A stretch of 64,000 bases of DNA. Origin: an uncultured Kofleriaceae bacterium (GTDB taxonomy: Bacteria; Myxococcota_A; Polyangia; GCA-2747355; CAZCFB01). The stretch lies in contig CAZCFB010000004.1 of NCBI GenBank assembly GCA_964497805.1, positions 6,648 to 70,647 on the forward strand, in the 5' to 3' direction. The notes beneath the pieces are model-generated. The model made no database searches. It saw only the letters and a list, made by a program, of their open reading frames with translations, and was not told the origin of the DNA. A program made the translations under genes and the position numbers. Below are positions 52,688-61,154 of the stretch, in pieces. How positions within the stretch are numbered: the stretch's first letter is position 1; each line of letters begins with the position of its first letter.

Positions 52688-53989
52688 CTACTTGTCCGGC
52701 GTGCCGGCGTCGGGGGCTCCGGCGTCCCAGGAGGGGTAGCCTCCGTCGGGGGCCGCGGTCAGGAATTTACCCGAGGCGGTGTTGTCCAGGCAGACGCCGT
52801 ACGGGTCCTTGGAGTTGGCCCTGTCCTTGCCCGTGTAGCGGTCGCGGCAGCGCATCTTCTGGCTGTTGGTCTTGTCGCCGATGGCCGCGCAGGCGTTGGA
52901 GGAGTTCACCGAGGCGCAGGTGCGCGTGGAGGCGTCCTGGCAGATGGGCTCCTTGACGATCTTGATCCCCTTATAGGTCCAGGTGGACCAGTCATAACAC
53001 TCGTAGTCGCCGCCATTGTCGGTGCTGTTGTTGCGGCAGTGGCTAGCCTTGCCGGGGTTGCACGACTTGAAGCAGTACCCGCCGTAGTAAAGGATGTTGC
53101 AGGCGCTGCCCGTGGGGCAGGAGAACTCCTTGAGCGCCGTGGGCCAGGAGCAGTAGCGCACCACGCAGTAGCCATTGCGGAAGGAGGTGCCGATGGCGCC
53201 GGTGTAGCTGTTGCTCTCGATGACGCAGCGGCCGTTGTTCGGGCAGTCCTTGTCGCCCTTGCAAGGGTCGCCCACCTTGGCCGTGGCCTTGCCCAGCTTG
53301 TGTGGACCGCAGATGCCGCCCTTGGTGCAGTTGCCCGGGCGGGCGCAGTTGCCGCTCTGGCAGAAGGCGTCCTTGCCCAGCTTGGAGCACTCCGTGTCGA
53401 TGGTGCATGTGGTGCTGTCCCAGACCGGGCATTCCTTGTTGGCGGTGCAGGCGGAGTAGAAACACACCGCCTGGCCCGGGCTGGCGTACCGGGTGGACGC
53501 CGGGCTGCAGCTGAGCTTGGACGAGGCGGGGCACGGGTTCTTGGTGAGGCTCGGCGAGCACTTCTCGAAGCAGTAGTTCTTGGTGGTGCCGTCGGTCATC
53601 TTGATGGCGGAGCAGACGAAGCCCTTGGGGCAGTCGTCCTCGTTGACCAGCGGGGTCTTGCTGTTGTCGAGGGTGCAGTACTTGGAGCACACCGAGGCGC
53701 CCTTGGTCTTGCTCATGGTCAGGCAGCGGTCTGCCGCGCCGGTGCAGTCCGACGACTTGGTGCACCCCTTGCCCATGTTGCCCACGGCCTGGGACCTGTC
53801 GGGCTTTGTGGCGTCAGGGACCACCGTCTGGTCCGGTGTGCCCTCATCCGCGGTGCTGATGTCCACGCTGATGTCCACCTTGATGCCGCCGCTGTCCTTC
53901 TTGGTTTCTTCAGCGTCATCGCTGCACCCGCCGAGCGCGAGGCCCAGTGCGAGCAACAGGGTCCAAACCACCATGCCGGTTCGCCGCAT
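52688..53989 (-). CDS. Cys-rich secreted lipoprotein, unknown function
   Basis: Lipobox LALGGCSDD, roughly 40 Cys, high GC3. Confidence 0.7.
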   Translation of the reverse strand: MRRTGMVVWTLLLALGLALGGCSDDAEETKKDSGGIKVDISVDISTADEGTPDQTVVPDATKPDRSQAVGNMGKGCTKSSDCTGAADRCLTMSKTKGASVCSKYCTLDNSKTPLVNEDDCPKGFVCSAIKMTDGTTKNYCFEKCSPSLTKNPCPASSKLSCSPASTRYASPGQAVCFYSACTANKECPVWDSTTCTIDTECSKLGKDAFCQSGNCARPGNCTKGGICGPHKLGKATAKVGDPCKGDKDCPNNGRCVIESNSYTGAIGTSFRNGYCVVRYCSWPTALKEFSCPTGSACNILYYGGYCFKSCNPGKASHCRNNSTDNGGDYECYDWSTWTYKGIKIVKEPICQDASTRTCASVNSSNACAAIGDKTNSQKMRCRDRYTGKDRANSKDPYGVCLDNTASGKFLTAAPDGGYPSWDAGAPDAGTPDK

Positions 53990-54124
53990 AACGTTCCCTC
54001 CAGGTAAGTGTTATCCGCCTAAAATACCCTGTTCCACGAGGGTGGGTAAAGGCATCCCGTGGACAGGGGTTAACATGTCTGCGAACATTTCTCTGTTACG
54101 CACGCAGATTCGGGAGAGGCCGCG

Positions 54125-55357
54125 ATGAAGCAATCACCTATGATCGCCCTGGCTCTGGTGGCGCTGTGCGCCGGCGGGGTGGCGTGGGCCGCCACTTACC
54201 ACACAGTCACCGTGGACGGCGTCCTGACGGAATGGAAATCCGACGAGAAGATCGCCAACGACTCGGTGGGCGACTCAAAACTCTCCGGTAACAATGAACT
54301 CTCCACCCTGTACGCGACATGGGACGCTGACGCCATCTACTTCGGCTTCGACTACACCGGCTGGGGCAGCGTGGTGAAGTACCTCGTTGAGACCGGCATG
54401 CCGGGCGGCGTGAACAATTTCTGCCCGACCTCGGGCTACAAGGGATCGTACGGCGGCAACTACATCGGGCTGCCATACGACCTGATGTTCGGCATCTCGC
54501 TGCCCGCGTCGACGCCCACCTTCCCCCAGGAGTTCGTGCACAAGCTGGCCAAGAACACCTCCACCAGCATCTTCTTCATGCCCGGGGTGCAGATCGCCTA
54601 CAAGGACTACCAGTACACGCCGGCCAAGAAGCTCCGGAAGGGGGCCATGGAGGTGCGCGTGCCGTGGAGCACCCTGTACGGTCTGGGCAAGGGTAAGGTG
54701 CCCAAGTTCACCACCATCCGCATCACCGGCGTGATGAAGGGACCCAACAACGGGGACGGCTGCGGGGACACCAACCCCAACTGCAGCGGCGGTGCCACCG
54801 GCAAGGCGTGCGGCAAGGGGGCGGCCACCAAGTTGAACAACGAGATCGTGCTCCAGGTGGACTGCGACGGCGACGGGATCCCTGACAAGGGCAGGAGCCC
54901 AACCAAGGCGGGAACCTGCCCTGTGAAGAAGGACGCGGGCCCTCCCCCGCCGGACACCAAGGCCTGGCCGGACAAGACCCCGTGGCCCGACAAGACGCCC
55001 TGGCCAGACAAGAAGCCGTGGCCCGACAAGAAGGCGTGGCCGGACACCAAGGCCTGGCCGGACAAGACCCCGTGGCCAGACAAGAAGCCGTGGCCTGACA
55101 AGGCGGCGGCCAAGCAGGACGGCAAGGGCGGCGGCAAGGACAAGGGCGGGGGCAAGAAGGACACGGGCGGCGCCAAGAAGGACGGCGCGGGCAAGTGGGA
55201 CCGCAGCGTAATCAAGCAGGACAGCAAGGCGGGCGGGGGCGAGGACGGCGGGAGCAACGAGGTGGGCTGCGACTGCGCGGTGTCGGACGAGGGATCGGCG
55301 CTGCCCTCGTTGCTGATGTTCATGGGGCTGCTGCTACTGCTGCGCCGCCGCCGCTAA
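54125..55357 (+). CDS. Secreted protein: carbohydrate-binding-like N-domain, (WPDKxP)n repeats, K/G-rich region, MYXO-CTERM tail
   Basis: Signal peptide MKQSPMIALALVALCAGGVAWA. VTVDGVLTEWKSDE...LYATWDADAIYFGF (CBM9/DOMON-like pattern). C-terminus GCDCAVSDEGSALPSLLMFMGLLLLLRRRR. Confidence 0.75.
   Translation: MKQSPMIALALVALCAGGVAWAATYHTVTVDGVLTEWKSDEKIANDSVGDSKLSGNNELSTLYATWDADAIYFGFDYTGWGSVVKYLVETGMPGGVNNFCPTSGYKGSYGGNYIGLPYDLMFGISLPASTPTFPQEFVHKLAKNTSTSIFFMPGVQIAYKDYQYTPAKKLRKGAMEVRVPWSTLYGLGKGKVPKFTTIRITGVMKGPNNGDGCGDTNPNCSGGATGKACGKGAATKLNNEIVLQVDCDGDGIPDKGRSPTKAGTCPVKKDAGPPPPDTKAWPDKTPWPDKTPWPDKKPWPDKKAWPDTKAWPDKTPWPDKKPWPDKAAAKQDGKGGGKDKGGGKKDTGGAKKDGAGKWDRSVIKQDSKAGGGEDGGSNEVGCDCAVSDEGSALPSLLMFMGLLLLLRRRR
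54950..55093 (+). repeat. Eight tandem 18-bp coding repeats (PDKxPW hexapeptides)
   Basis: Units CCGGACAAGACCCCGTGG and variants counted by hand. A partial ninth unit runs to 55102. Confidence 0.9.
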
Positions 55358-56103
55358 AACCACAACCACACCAACAGATTCGGCACCACCTGCATGGTCA
55401 GGTTGTCCAGGCCGTGGGGGCTCACCGCCTCAACCAGGGCACAGGCCAGGGCCACCGCCGGCAGCTTGGCCCAGAACAGGGGTCCCGCCGCGAGCTGCGG
55501 GTTTAGCCAGAACCCCAGGGCCACGGCCAGGGCGGAGGCAACCAGCACCGCGGCGCTCCCCTCAAGGCTGCGCCAGGCCTTCACCCCGCGCAGGGAGGGG
55601 ACAGGGTACCTGTGCCGGCCGAAGCGGGTGCCCACCGGCTCGCCCACGGCGTCGCCCAGCCCGGTGACCAGGTAGCCCACCACCGCCCGGTGACCGAACA
55701 GGATGTTGCTCAGCAAGCCGCCGGCCAGGGTGGAGAAGTAGGGCACCACGATGTAGTAGGTGCGCCGGGGCGCGTCCTTCTCCCGGGCCATTGCCTCGTA
55801 CAACAGGTGGCTGTCGCCGCGGATCAGGGCGTACAGCACCACAAGAGAGGTCATGCCGCCGAACAGGCACACCGCCGGGGTGCCTACGAAGCCGTGGAGC
55901 AGGGCCACGCTGAAGAAGGTGGCGAAGTGGAAGGCCTTGCGCGAGTAGCCGGTGCGCAGGCCGAGGTCCCGCTTGAGGCGCCCGGCCAGGTGAAGGCAGG
56001 TCCAGGCCCAGGCCAGGCCGAGGGGGATCCCCACCGCCAACATCATGGGCGGGGGCCAGTTCTCCACGAAGAAGCCAACAGTGCGCTGCGAGAGGTCCAG
56101 CAT
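55354..56103 (-). CDS. Dolichol/phytol-kinase-like (CTP-transferase family) membrane protein
   Basis: Track ORF 55354..56646 trimmed to MLDLSQRTVGFF. The upstream part is antisense to menB. About 6 TM segments, SRKAFHF, GLGDAVGEPVGTRFGRH. Confidence 0.6.
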   Translation of the reverse strand: MLDLSQRTVGFFVENWPPPMMLAVGIPLGLAWAWTCLHLAGRLKRDLGLRTGYSRKAFHFATFFSVALLHGFVGTPAVCLFGGMTSLVVLYALIRGDSHLLYEAMAREKDAPRRTYYIVVPYFSTLAGGLLSNILFGHRAVVGYLVTGLGDAVGEPVGTRFGRHRYPVPSLRGVKAWRSLEGSAAVLVASALAVALGFWLNPQLAAGPLFWAKLPAVALACALVEAVSPHGLDNLTMQVVPNLLVWLWF

Positions 56104-56161
56104 CGGGTCAGTCGATGGTAAGCTCTGCGCGCCAATAATCACAGCTGCGGAGGGAGTTGCC

Positions 56162-56956
56162 ATGGAGTTCACTGAGATCCTGTACGACAAAGCTGACGGC
56201 GTCGCGCGCGTGACCATCAACCGCCCGGACAAGTACAACGCCTGCACCCCGATAACCCTGATGGAGCTGGGCCAGGCCCTCACCGACGCCTGGGTGGACA
56301 ACTCCGTGGGGGTCGTCGTCTTCACCGGCGCCGGGGAGAAGGCCTTCTGCACCGGCGGCGACCAGACCCTGCGCGACAAGGATGGATACGCTGGCACCAT
56401 CGCGGCCCTCCCCCTTGAGGTGGCCTGGCAGACCGTCACCTCCATGATCCGCACCATCCCCAAGCCGGTCATCGCCAGGGTCAACGGCTGGGCCATCGGC
56501 GGTGGGCACGTGTTCCAGGTGGTGTGCGACATGTCCATCGCCGCGGACACGGCCAAGATGGGGCAGGCCGGCCCCAAGGTGGGCAGCTTCGATCCCGGCT
56601 TCGGAACCGCGGACCTGGCCCGCACGGTGGGCATGAAGAAGGCCAAGGAGATCTGGTACCTGTGCCGGCACTACACCGCGGCCCAGGCCAAGGAGATGGG
56701 CCTGGTCAACGAGGTGGTGCCCGCCGCCGAGCTGGACGCCGAGGTGCAGAAGTGGTGCGACGAGCTGCTGGCCAAGAGCCCCACAGCGCTCAAGATGCTC
56801 AAGTACGCCTTCCACGCCGCCACCGACGGGGTGCCGGGCATCACAAACCTGGGCGTGGGCGGCCTGAGCATGTACTACGGCACCGACGAGGCCGTGGAGG
56901 GGCAGCAGGCCTTCATGGAGCGGCGGGATCCGGAGTACAACAAGTTTCGTAAGTAG
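56162..56956 (+). CDS. menB: 1,4-dihydroxy-2-naphthoyl-CoA synthase
   Basis: Trimmed to MEFTEILYDKADGVARVTINRP. FCTGGDQ, PKPVIARVNGWAIGGGHVFQVVCDMSIAA, FGQ-like MGQAGPKVGSFDPGFG, EGQQAFMERRDPEY. Confidence 0.85.
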   Translation: MEFTEILYDKADGVARVTINRPDKYNACTPITLMELGQALTDAWVDNSVGVVVFTGAGEKAFCTGGDQTLRDKDGYAGTIAALPLEVAWQTVTSMIRTIPKPVIARVNGWAIGGGHVFQVVCDMSIAADTAKMGQAGPKVGSFDPGFGTADLARTVGMKKAKEIWYLCRHYTAAQAKEMGLVNEVVPAAELDAEVQKWCDELLAKSPTALKMLKYAFHAATDGVPGITNLGVGGLSMYYGTDEAVEGQQAFMERRDPEYNKFRK

Positions 56957-57023
56957 CCTTCCGCAACATCCTGGCCGAACCCTCGAAAAGAGGGGGTGGA
57001 ACTAATCACCACGGAGGGTCAGG

Positions 57024-60000
57024 ATGTTTGAACAGATGAGTATCGTCGTCGTCGCAGAGAAGCCCTCGGTGGCCCGGGACATCGCCAAGGTCCTGGGTGC
57101 CGGCGCCCGCCGCCAGGGCTACATCGAGGGGAAAGGGTACCGGGTGACCTGGGCCCTTGGGCACCTGGTGACCCTGGCCCAGCCCCACGAGATCAAGCCG
57201 CAGTGGAAGCGGTGGCGCAGGGACCAGCTCCCCATGCTGCCCGCCTCCTGGCCGCTCACGGTGCTGGAGCGAACCCGGGACCAGTACGAGATCGTCAAGA
57301 CGCTCATGAGCGGCGAGGACGTGGAGTACGTGGTGGAGGCCACCGACGCCGGGCGGGAGGGGGAGCTGATATTCCGCTACATCTACGACCGGTGCGGTTG
57401 CGACCGGCCGGTGCGGCGTCTCTGGATCTCCTCGCTCACCCCTGACGCAATCAAGAAGGGGTTCGCGGGCCTTGCCGACGGCGCCGAGTACGAACGCCTG
57501 GCCGCGGCGGCCAGGGGGCGCAGCCAGGCCGACTGGCTGGTGGGCATGAACCTCTCGCGGGCCTACACCCTCGGCACCTCCGACGACGAGCTCTTCTCGG
57601 TGGGCCGGGTGCAGACCCCCACCCTGAGCATGCTGGTGGACCGGGAGGTGGCGATCCGGGAGTTCGTGCCGCAGAAGTTCATCGAGGTGGTTGCGACCTT
57701 CCAGCCCGAGGGGAGCGAGGCGACCTACCCGGGCACCTGGTTCAAGGGCAAGGGGAAGGGCAAGACCCCCACCCGCCTGCCCCCGGACGGCGAGGAGGCG
57801 GGCGCCGTGGCGGAGCGCGCCCAGCGTGGCAGCGCCTCCATCGAGAAGGTGAAGCGGGAGAAGAAGCGCCACAAGGCCCCCCTGCTCTACGACCTCACCG
57901 AGCTGCAGCGCCACGCCAACCGGCTGTACGGCCTCTCCGCCGACAAGACCCTGAAGCTGGCGCAGGCCCTGTACGAGAAGCACAAGCTCATCAGCTACCC
58001 GCGAACCGACAGCCGCCACCTGTCCAAGGACGTGGCCGCTACCCTGGGCAACGTGGTCAAGGCCGTGGCCGCTCCTTACCGGGATCTCCTGGCGCCGGGA
58101 ACCGGGGACAAGCCCCTGGGCAAGCGGTTCGTGGACGACAAGAAGGTCACCGACCACCACGCCATCATCCCCACCACCGGCTCCATCCAGGGCAAGAGCC
58201 TGGCCCGGGAGGAGAAGCTGATCTACGACCTGGTTTGCCGTCGGCTGCTGGCCGCCTGGCACCCGGACCATGTCACCGCCACGACGACAGTGATCACCCG
58301 CATCGACGCGCCGGAGGGGGAGACCTGGAAGCCGGACCGGTACCGCTCCAGCGGCACCTCGGTGGAGGATGAGGGGTGGAAGGTGATGGAGCCCCTGGCC
58401 GTGGTGCGCAAGAAGGAGAAGGGCAAGAAGAAGAAGGCGGAGCAGCTCCTGCCGGGGGGCCTCTCCGAGGGGCAGCCAGCCAAGGTGCTCGGTACGGAGC
58501 AGCGGCCAGGGGAGACCCGCCCTCCCCGCCCCTTCACCGAGGGGACCCTGCTCACCGCCATGGAGACCGCTGGCAAGGCCCTGGATGACAAGGAGCTGTC
58601 CGACGCCATGCGTGAGCGGGGGTTGGGCACGCCGGCCACCCGGGCCAGCATCATCGAAACCCTGCTGCACCGGAAGTACATCGAGCGTCAAAAGAAGACC
58701 CTGCGCGCCACGCCCAAGGGGGAGCGGCTGATCCGGCAGGTCCATGAGGAGGTCAAGAGCCCGGCCATGACCGGCCAGTGGGAGCACCGGCTCAAGCTCA
58801 TCGAGCAGGGGAAAGATGAGCTTGATGGGTTCATGGAGGATATTGAGGCGTACGTGAAGCGGGTGGTGGGGTCGGTCTTGAAACCGGGAGGTGGAGGCAG
58901 CAGGGCGCGGGAGCGTGGTCCGTCGCCTTCGCCGTCCCCCCCCGCGAGGGAAGGGACGAGGGTTCAAGGGCCGGATGGCCGGGGCCGGGGCCGGGGCCAG
59001 GAAGCACGTTCCATGCAGCAGGTGCTCAAGGAGACCTTCAGGCACGATTCCTTCCGCCCTCATCAGGAGACGGTGTGCAAGAAGGTCATCGCTGGCGAGG
59101 ATGTCTTGCTGGTCATGCCCACCGGGGCGGGCAAGTCGCTCTGTTATCAGCTGCCGGGTCTTTGCCGTCAGGCCACCACCCTGGTGGTGAGCCCGCTCAT
59201 CGCGCTCATGGAGGATCAGGTGGCCGCCCTACAGGCCATCGGACTGCGCGCCGAGCGGATCCACTCTGGGCGGGACCGCCTGGCCTCGCGCCAGGTATGC
59301 CGCCGCTTCCTGGACAATGATCTCGACTTCCTCTTCATCGCGCCCGAGCGCCTGGCCGTGCCTGGCTTCCCGGAGTTTCTGGCCAAACGCAAGCTCGGGC
59401 TCATCGCCGTGGACGAGGCGCACTGCATCTCTCAGTGGGGTCACGACTTCCGCCCGGAGTACCGCATGCTCGGTGAGCGGCTCCCCATGCTGCGGCCCGC
59501 GCCGGTTATCGGGCTCACTGCAACGGCCACGCCTGCGGTGCAGGACGACATCGCCGAGCAGCTGGGCCTGAAGCATGACAACCGCCACATCCATGGCTTC
59601 CGGCGCACCAACATCGCCATCGAGGCGGCCGAGCTGAGCCCGAGGCTGCGCCCCGCCGCCGTGCGCAAGGTGCTGGAGAGCGAAGACCGGCTGCCCGCCA
59701 TCGTCTACTCCCCCACCCGCAAGAAGACCGAGGCCCTGGCCGCGGACCTGAGCAACGGCTTCCGCGCAGCGCCGTACCACGCGGGAATGACCGCCGAGAA
59801 GCGGGACGCTTGCCAGGCCGCGTTCATCGCCGGGGAGCTCGACGTTGTGGTGGCCACCATCGCCTTCGGAATGGGCATCGACAAGGCGAACCTGCGCACC
59901 GTGATCCACGCGGCCCTGCCCGGCAGCGTGGAGGGGTATTACCAGGAGATCGGGCGCGCGGGCCGGGACGGTAAACCTTCCCGCGCAGTGCTCCTGTACA

Positions 60001-61019
60001 GCTACGCCGATCGCCGCACCCACGAGTTCTTCTTCCAGCGGGACTACCCCGAGCCCGAGGAGCTGGGGCACCTGTTCGAGATGATCGACGACAACCCCCG
60101 CCCGGCAGAGGCCATCCGCAGGCGGCTCAACTGGGACGACGAGCCGTTCCAGACCGCCCTGGAGAAGCTCTGGATCCATGGCGGCGCCCGGGTGGATCCC
60201 GAGGAGAACGTCACCCGGGGCGAGGCGGGCTGGCGCCGGCCGTACCGCAAGCAGCGCGAACACCGCCAGGAGCAGCTGGAGAAGATCTACAGATACGCCG
60301 AGCAGCCAGCATGCCGGATGCTCACGTTGGTGAACTACTTCGGCGACAGGGAAGACTCGGGCGAGACATGCGGCGTGTGCGACGCGTGCGCACCGGGCGA
60401 CGGGCTGCTAACAAGCTTCCGCGCGGCCAGCGCCGACGAGCTCATCGGCATGGAGCGGATCCTGGACGCCCTGCGCCGCCAGGATGATCAGTCCGCCGGC
60501 AAGCTGCACCGTGAGGAGCTGTCAGACCTGGGGGAGCGCCACGACTTCGAGGATCTGGTCTCCGGGCTGGAGCGGGCCGGGCTGCTCACCCGGGTGGAGG
60601 ACAGCTTCAGCAAGGGCGGGCAGCAAATCCCGTTCACCCGGCTCCGCCTCACCGCCGACGGGGCCAACCCGGGCCAAAGCATGCTGGCCGACGCGGTGAA
60701 GATGCCCGGCGACACCTCGGCCTTCGAGCCCAAGAAGCCGCGCCGGCGCAGGGGCGGCAAGAAGAAGCGCAAGAAGGACGCCCTGGACGAGATCGAGGCC
60801 CCCGCCGCCCTGGTAGAAGCCCTGCGGCAGTGGCGCCTTGACGAGGCCAAGCGCCGCAACACCCCCGCCTTCCGGGTGCTAACCAACAAGACCCTGGGCA
60901 ACATCGCCGCGCTTCAGCCCACCTCCGAGGAGGACCTGCTCGCCGTACCCGGCATGGGTCCTGGCCTGCTCAAGAAGTACGGCGAGGCCATCCTCAAGGT
61001 CATTGAAGACAGCATGTAG
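57024..61019 (+). CDS. topB/recQ: DNA topoisomerase III fused in frame to RecQ helicase (with RQC zinc motif and HRDC)
   Basis: aa 1-~620 Topo IA/III: VVAEKPSVARDIA, VEATDAGREGELIF, GRVQTPT, ISYPRTDS (catalytic Tyr context). RG/SP linker. From aa 664 (ATG 59013) RecQ: FRPHQ, MPTGAGKSLCYQLP, DEAHCISQWGHDFRPEY, Zn motif CRM...CGVCDAC, C-terminal HRDC (ALRQWRLDEAKRRNTPAFRVLTNKTL). Confidence 0.85.
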   Translation: MFEQMSIVVVAEKPSVARDIAKVLGAGARRQGYIEGKGYRVTWALGHLVTLAQPHEIKPQWKRWRRDQLPMLPASWPLTVLERTRDQYEIVKTLMSGEDVEYVVEATDAGREGELIFRYIYDRCGCDRPVRRLWISSLTPDAIKKGFAGLADGAEYERLAAAARGRSQADWLVGMNLSRAYTLGTSDDELFSVGRVQTPTLSMLVDREVAIREFVPQKFIEVVATFQPEGSEATYPGTWFKGKGKGKTPTRLPPDGEEAGAVAERAQRGSASIEKVKREKKRHKAPLLYDLTELQRHANRLYGLSADKTLKLAQALYEKHKLISYPRTDSRHLSKDVAATLGNVVKAVAAPYRDLLAPGTGDKPLGKRFVDDKKVTDHHAIIPTTGSIQGKSLAREEKLIYDLVCRRLLAAWHPDHVTATTTVITRIDAPEGETWKPDRYRSSGTSVEDEGWKVMEPLAVVRKKEKGKKKKAEQLLPGGLSEGQPAKVLGTEQRPGETRPPRPFTEGTLLTAMETAGKALDDKELSDAMRERGLGTPATRASIIETLLHRKYIERQKKTLRATPKGERLIRQVHEEVKSPAMTGQWEHRLKLIEQGKDELDGFMEDIEAYVKRVVGSVLKPGGGGSRARERGPSPSPSPPAREGTRVQGPDGRGRGRGQEARSMQQVLKETFRHDSFRPHQETVCKKVIAGEDVLLVMPTGAGKSLCYQLPGLCRQATTLVVSPLIALMEDQVAALQAIGLRAERIHSGRDRLASRQVCRRFLDNDLDFLFIAPERLAVPGFPEFLAKRKLGLIAVDEAHCISQWGHDFRPEYRMLGERLPMLRPAPVIGLTATATPAVQDDIAEQLGLKHDNRHIHGFRRTNIAIEAAELSPRLRPAAVRKVLESEDRLPAIVYSPTRKKTEALAADLSNGFRAAPYHAGMTAEKRDACQAAFIAGELDVVVATIAFGMGIDKANLRTVIHAALPGSVEGYYQEIGRAGRDGKPSRAVLLYSYADRRTHEFFFQRDYPEPEELGHLFEMIDDNPRPAEAIRRRLNWDDEPFQTALEKLWIHGGARVDPEENVTRGEAGWRRPYRKQREHRQEQLEKIYRYAEQPACRMLTLVNYFGDREDSGETCGVCDACAPGDGLLTSFRAASADELIGMERILDALRRQDDQSAGKLHREELSDLGERHDFEDLVSGLERAGLLTRVEDSFSKGGQQIPFTRLRLTADGANPGQSMLADAVKMPGDTSAFEPKKPRRRRGGKKKRKKDALDEIEAPAALVEALRQWRLDEAKRRNTPAFRVLTNKTLGNIAALQPTSEEDLLAVPGMGPGLLKKYGEAILKVIEDSM

Positions 61020-61154
61020 CGGGCGGTCAGGGGGACGGCTCCAGGTGGTGGCAATAAACCTTCGCCTCCTTCAACTGCGCCCCCGAGAGGTCCAGGAGCT
61101 GTTGCATGGGCGGGCCGCAGCCGCCAGGCAGAGAATCTGTATTAGACTCCACCC

